From Flavobacteriaceae bacterium (GTDB taxonomy: Bacteria > Bacteroidota > Bacteroidia > UKL13-3): a stretch of DNA of 64,000 bases. Of the stretch, positions 60,409-64,000 are shown piece after piece (the stretch's first letter is position 1; each line of letters opens with the position of its first letter). Position numbers and translations under genes: made by a program. The notes beneath the pieces are model-generated. The model did no database searches, was not told the DNA's origin, and saw only the letters and a list, made by a program, of their open reading frames with translations. The stretch spans positions 6,523 through 70,522 of the forward strand of contig SHWZ01000006.1 in assembly GCA_009693575.1 (NCBI GenBank). The letters are read 5' to 3'.

Positions 60409-62052
60409 TCACCCCCACAAATCCACGAACTCAAATTTCTCTCCATCAAACAATCCCTTGTCGCTAAGCTTTAGGCTGGGTATCACCAGCAGGGCCATAA
60501 AGCTGAGGGTCATAAACGGTGCATGCAAGTGGCTACCTAAAACCTGACGGGCATAGGTATCAATGGCGGTGTAGTTTTTTGCCACTTCTTCTGCTGCACG
60601 ATTGCTCATTATTCCGGCAATAGGCAGTGGCAGCAACATTTCTTCGCTGCCACACACTGCTGCAATTCCACCTTTGGATTCAATCACCAAATTGACAGCA
60701 CGGCATAGTTCCTCATCAGTGCATCCTACTGCGATGATATTGTGGCAGTCATGCCCTACAGAAGAAGCAATGGCACCCCGCCTCAATCCAAAACCTTTGA
60801 TAAAAGCGAGGGCAGGTTTGGCAGCATGGTAGCGGTTCACCACGGTTAGTTTCAACAGATCATTGGCAATGTCGCAAATAGCGGAACCTTTATCTATCAA
60901 GGCTGGTTGTAGAATTTGCTTGGTTACCAGCTGTCCATCTTCGGCCTCAATGGTTCTTACTTTTCTGGCTCCATTTATTGAGTCTTCATACACCAATTCA
61001 ATAGCAAAATCAGCAACCTTTTTTGGGCTACAATTAAAATTATTGATTGGCAAGATTGGAGAGGAGATAATAAAATTTTCGCCTTCCTTGGCTACCAATT
61101 GTCCATTGATGTATACTTCTAAAACCTGAAAACTGACCAAGTCTTTTATCACGATAAAATCAGCTTGGTCACCCACTTGCAATGCACCCACAGGCAGTTT
61201 GTAATGCTCTATCGGGTTGAGGCAAGCCGCTTGCAGCACATTATACAAATCATGGCCATGAGCTATGGCTCTCACCACCACTCCGTTGATATGTTCGATA
61301 GCCAAACTATCAGGGTGCTTGTCGTCACTGCCAAACATACAATACTCGGGGTGGCTTGACAGCAGTGGATGCAATGCTTCAAAGTTTCGTGCTGCACTTC
61401 CTTCGCGGATAATGATTTTCATGCCTTCCTCAATTTTGTCCAAGGCTTCGGCAAGGCTCACACATTCATGGTCGGTACTAATGCCACGGGCTACATATTC
61501 CGCCATAGCTTGCCCTCGGAGTAAGGGTGCATGCCCATCCACTGGCTTGCTGAGTCGATGTGCGGCAGCAATCTTGGCCAATACTTCCTGTTCGCCATTG
61601 ATGGCACCTGGGTAGTTCATCATTTCGCTTAGATAAAATATTTCCGGATCTTTTAGCAAAGTTCCGACGTCTTTTGCATCCAGTGAAGCTCCCGCTGTTT
61701 CAAAAATTGTGGCGGGCACACAACTAGGAGCCCCAAAGAAAAATTTGAAAGGGGTTTGTTTGCCGTTTTCAATCATGTATTTCACTCCTTCAATCCCACA
61801 CACATTGGCTATCTCATGTGGGTCGCTCACTGTCGCCACAGTTCCGTGAACGACCGCAAGTCTTGCAAATTCAGACGGTACCAGCATACTGCTTTCAATA
61901 TGGATGTGGGCATCAATGAAGCCGGGGATGATGAAGTTGGAGAATGTTCCATCAATAGAGTTTATGGAGGTTATGTGTCCGTCTTCTATAACCACCTCAC
62001 CCGAGAAGATGACTCTTTTTCTTATGTCTACTATATTTCCGTTTATTCGCAT
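60409..62052 (-). CDS. ade: Adenine deaminase
   Basis: The N-terminus IIPGFIDAHIHIESSM…SDPHEIANV matches the metal-binding amidohydrolase and adenine deaminase pattern; 547 aa. Confidence 0.9.
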   Translation of the reverse strand: MRINGNIVDIRKRVIFSGEVVIEDGHITSINSIDGTFSNFIIPGFIDAHIHIESSMLVPSEFARLAVVHGTVATVSDPHEIANVCGIEGVKYMIENGKQTPFKFFFGAPSCVPATIFETAGASLDAKDVGTLLKDPEIFYLSEMMNYPGAINGEQEVLAKIAAAHRLSKPVDGHAPLLRGQAMAEYVARGISTDHECVSLAEALDKIEEGMKIIIREGSAARNFEALHPLLSSHPEYCMFGSDDKHPDSLAIEHINGVVVRAIAHGHDLYNVLQAACLNPIEHYKLPVGALQVGDQADFIVIKDLVSFQVLEVYINGQLVAKEGENFIISSPILPINNFNCSPKKVADFAIELVYEDSINGARKVRTIEAEDGQLVTKQILQPALIDKGSAICDIANDLLKLTVVNRYHAAKPALAFIKGFGLRRGAIASSVGHDCHNIIAVGCTDEELCRAVNLVIESKGGIAAVCGSEEMLLPLPIAGIMSNRAAEEVAKNYTAIDTYARQVLGSHLHAPFMTLSFMALLVIPSLKLSDKGLFDGEKFEFVDLWG

Positions 62053-62101
62053 GGTTGGTATTATTTTGGTTAGCCAAAGGCTCTATATTCGCAACAATTT
62101 T

Positions 62102-62854
62102 ATGGGGATTTTCATTAAAAAGAATACATTGACTTTAGTGGGCATGCTGGCTTGCTGCTTTGCATATGCCCAATCGGTGCAAACTGCCTTTGCAAAATAT
62201 GAAGAAGGCAGGCAGCTGGAAGAAAGGCTTTACCCCAATTTTACGGACGAGGTATTTACCAAAACAACAGCCGCATATGACCAAGCTGGGAAAGAATATT
62301 ATAGTATGTTGCTACTTGGCGAAGAAAACCACATCAGTATGAGTTACCACACCATGCAAGCTTGGCTAGCCGAGGGAGAGCTGCTAGAGGCCATGAACCG
62401 CTACCGTAGTGTATGCGATCTCTATGTGAACACCTTCGACAACCTGCTGCAACCTACCAAATTCAATGAAGAGAAAAATAATGGCGGAGTCAGTAAAAGG
62501 GATTACGATTCTATCTGGACAAAGACCCTTTGGCTACTCTATTTTAATACGGTACAAGCTCACAAGGATATCTATGTGATGAAATATGCCAATATACTCA
62601 AAGTCTACCTGCCACCCAGCGACCCCGGTATGCAAAGTCTGCTTATTCAAATCGTGCAAAGCAGCCTCAGCCTTTCGCTTTCGCTTGAGAGTTTTGCCGG
62701 GCTGGAAGATATTTTCTTTCGCAAAAATCTGAAATGGACCGATGAACAGAAATCAGCAATAAAGCGGGTAGTAGCCACTCTCCGTAGCTTGCCCGACAGC
62801 GAGTGGACAGATACGCAAAAAGGACTGATGTATAAATGGGAGAAGGGAATTTGA
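62102..62854 (+). CDS. Hypothetical secreted protein (250 aa); internal start MGIFIKKNTLTLVGMLACCFAYAQ
   Basis: Signal peptide. The listed ORF start at 61904 overlaps ade on the other strand and is unlikely. Confidence 0.5.
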   Translation: MGIFIKKNTLTLVGMLACCFAYAQSVQTAFAKYEEGRQLEERLYPNFTDEVFTKTTAAYDQAGKEYYSMLLLGEENHISMSYHTMQAWLAEGELLEAMNRYRSVCDLYVNTFDNLLQPTKFNEEKNNGGVSKRDYDSIWTKTLWLLYFNTVQAHKDIYVMKYANILKVYLPPSDPGMQSLLIQIVQSSLSLSLSLESFAGLEDIFFRKNLKWTDEQKSAIKRVVATLRSLPDSEWTDTQKGLMYKWEKGI

Positions 62855-62905
62855 ATATCAATCCTTATTGGTTTTGAACCCTATAAGGATTAACAATAAC
62901 AAACA

Positions 62906-63130
62906 ATGCAAGCCCAAAAGAACAACCCGCTCCACAATATTACCTTGGAGCAAATACTTAACTACATGGTAGAGCAAAAAGGCTGGGAATACCTAGGTTC
63001 GCAAGTCAATATCAATTGCTTTCAGAGCAACCCAAGCATCAAATCAAGCCTTACGTTTCTGCGAAAAACACCTTGGGCCAGAACTAAAGTAGAGAGCCTT
63101 TACCTATATCTGAAAAGGAAAGAGAAATAA
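62906..63130 (+). CDS. DUF2132 (VF530-like) small putative DNA-binding protein
   Basis: [25 protein letters not shown]…INCF…[24 protein letters not shown] matches the family signature. Confidence 0.6.
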   Translation: MQAQKNNPLHNITLEQILNYMVEQKGWEYLGSQVNINCFQSNPSIKSSLTFLRKTPWARTKVESLYLYLKRKEK

Positions 63131-63160
63131 AAAAAGCCACCATTTCTGGAGGCCTTTTTC
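63125..63160. terminator. Bidirectional terminator between the DUF2132 gene and rplI
   Basis: A-run, then GCCaCCA-tttc-TGGaGGC, then a T-run. Confidence 0.45.
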
Positions 63161-63201
63161 GTTAGGTGTTTGTTCTTTGGTTCGGCGTTATCGCCAACCA
63201 A

Positions 63202-63645
63202 TTATTCCGCTACCACTTCCACGTTTATCACCACATGAACCTCTTTGGTAAGGTTGATGGTGACAGTGTGGCTACCAAGTGACTTCACGTCTCCGTCAAG
63301 CACTATTTTGCGGCGGTCTATTTCGTAGCCTTTCAGCTTCAAAGCCTGCGATATCTGCAATGAGGTTACCGAACCGAAAATCTTGCCATTGGCACCAGCT
63401 TTGGCACCTATGGTCAGGCTTAGGTCAGTCATTGTCTCTGCTACTTGAGCAGCGTTGGCTTTTATCTTCTCTTGCTTGAACTGAGCCTGTTTTAGGTCTT
63501 CCTTCAAGTCTTTCATGCGGGTAGCGGTGGCCAATACAGCCATGCCACGAGGGATGAGGTAATTATTGGCGTAGCCATTTTTCACTTTCACCACGTCGTC
63601 TTTGTACCCCAGCGATTTTACGTCGTGTCTCAGGATAATTTCCAT
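63202..63645 (-). CDS. rplI: 50S ribosomal protein L9
   Basis: MEIILRHDVKSLGYKDDVVKVKNGYANNYLIPRG…. Confidence 0.9.
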   Translation of the reverse strand: MEIILRHDVKSLGYKDDVVKVKNGYANNYLIPRGMAVLATATRMKDLKEDLKQAQFKQEKIKANAAQVAETMTDLSLTIGAKAGANGKIFGSVTSLQISQALKLKGYEIDRRKIVLDGDVKSLGSHTVTINLTKEVHVVINVEVVAE

Positions 63646-63683
63646 GTCTTGTTTCTTCTTGTTTGGTTAATAGTTAAAAAATG

Positions 63684-63974
63684 TTACGCAGGTACTTTCA
63701 TTCCGTCGGCCACATAAGGTAGCAATGAAATGTGGCGGGCACGTTTTACGGCTTGGCCTATTTTGCGTTGAAACTTGAGTGAAGTGCCTGTGATGCGGCG
63801 TGGGAGTAGTTTCCCTTGGTCGTTGATGAATTTCATCAAGAAGTCGGGGTCTTTGTAGTCAATGTATTTGATGCCGTTCTTTTTGAAGCGGCAATACTTC
63901 TTTTTCAGCGGCTCGGCCTGCTGATTGTTGAAGGCAAACTGGTTGCCTCCGCGTGGGTTCGGTTTTGCTGACAT
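63684..63974 (-). CDS. rpsR: 30S ribosomal protein S18
   Basis: …[37 protein letters not shown]…. Confidence 0.9.
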   Translation of the reverse strand: MSAKPNPRGGNQFAFNNQQAEPLKKKYCRFKKNGIKYIDYKDPDFLMKFINDQGKLLPRRITGTSLKFQRKIGQAVKRARHISLLPYVADGMKVPA

Positions 63975-63980
63975 GTTCGT

Positions 63981-64000
63981 TTAGGCGTTTACGGGTTCTG
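63981..64000 (-). CDS. rpsF: 3-prime end of the probable rpsF gene (S6); the remainder lies outside the window
   Basis: An in-frame TAA sits 7 nt upstream of the rpsR ATG on the minus strand. The S6-S18-L9 gene order is canonical. Confidence 0.3.

Noticed and set aside
61904-62101. N-terminal 66 codons of listed ORF 61904..62854
   Set aside because: This extension overlaps ade on the opposite strand. A signal-peptide-bearing internal Met at 62102 gives a sensible start.

Overview
The window reads as a Bacteroidota chromosomal segment of roughly 42% GC, probably from a gliding, T9SS-bearing lineage (Cytophagia, Sphingobacteriia or Flavobacteriia-like), and is mostly housekeeping. A partial TonB-dependent receptor sits at the left edge. 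The cytochrome c maturation core is present: ccmC, an unlisted 54-aa ccmD, ccmE and ccmF. Recognisable housekeeping genes are bshA, trpS, hisS, truB, uppP, ftsX, rplU-rpmA, pruA, a DEAD-box helicase, bcp, lipB, tRNA-Ser(UGA), ade and the right-edge rpsF(partial)-rpsR-rplI operon. There are also a YhhQ-like queuosine-precursor transporter, a nucleoside phosphorylase and a NupC-family transporter. The tRNA m6A37 methyltransferase, DinB, asparagine-synthase-like, GT4 and lipB genes are tightly coupled in one block. Four giant secreted proteins carry T9SS C-terminal sorting domains: three type A (2021-8278, 15105-17144, 38082-41591) and one type B (30613-35514). I found no transposase, integrase, CRISPR array or recognisable defence island. 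The most unusual items are listed here. (1) A DUF983 gene broken by a frameshift and an in-frame TGA, next to a small CxxC membrane protein just upstream of ccmC. (2) A T9SS cargo protein with a thioredoxin-like WCGWCP motif. (3) A short AACTATAAA(CT) repeat family that recurs just after stop codons and sits in-frame inside hisS. (4) Two long gene-free intervals carrying strong secondary structure, at 24.6-25.8 kb and 42.4-42.9 kb. (5) An 18-bp perfect palindrome and three direct repeats in front of pruA. (6) A translationally coupled FAH-M23-M23 unit with low-GC paralogous C-terminal domains. (7) A glutaminase-less asparagine-synthase-like gene with a GT4 gene inside a housekeeping operon. 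(8) Three copies of an 18-nt start-codon-proximal motif near 52.4-52.8 kb. Every family call comes from reading motifs in the translated ORFs; no database search was possible.
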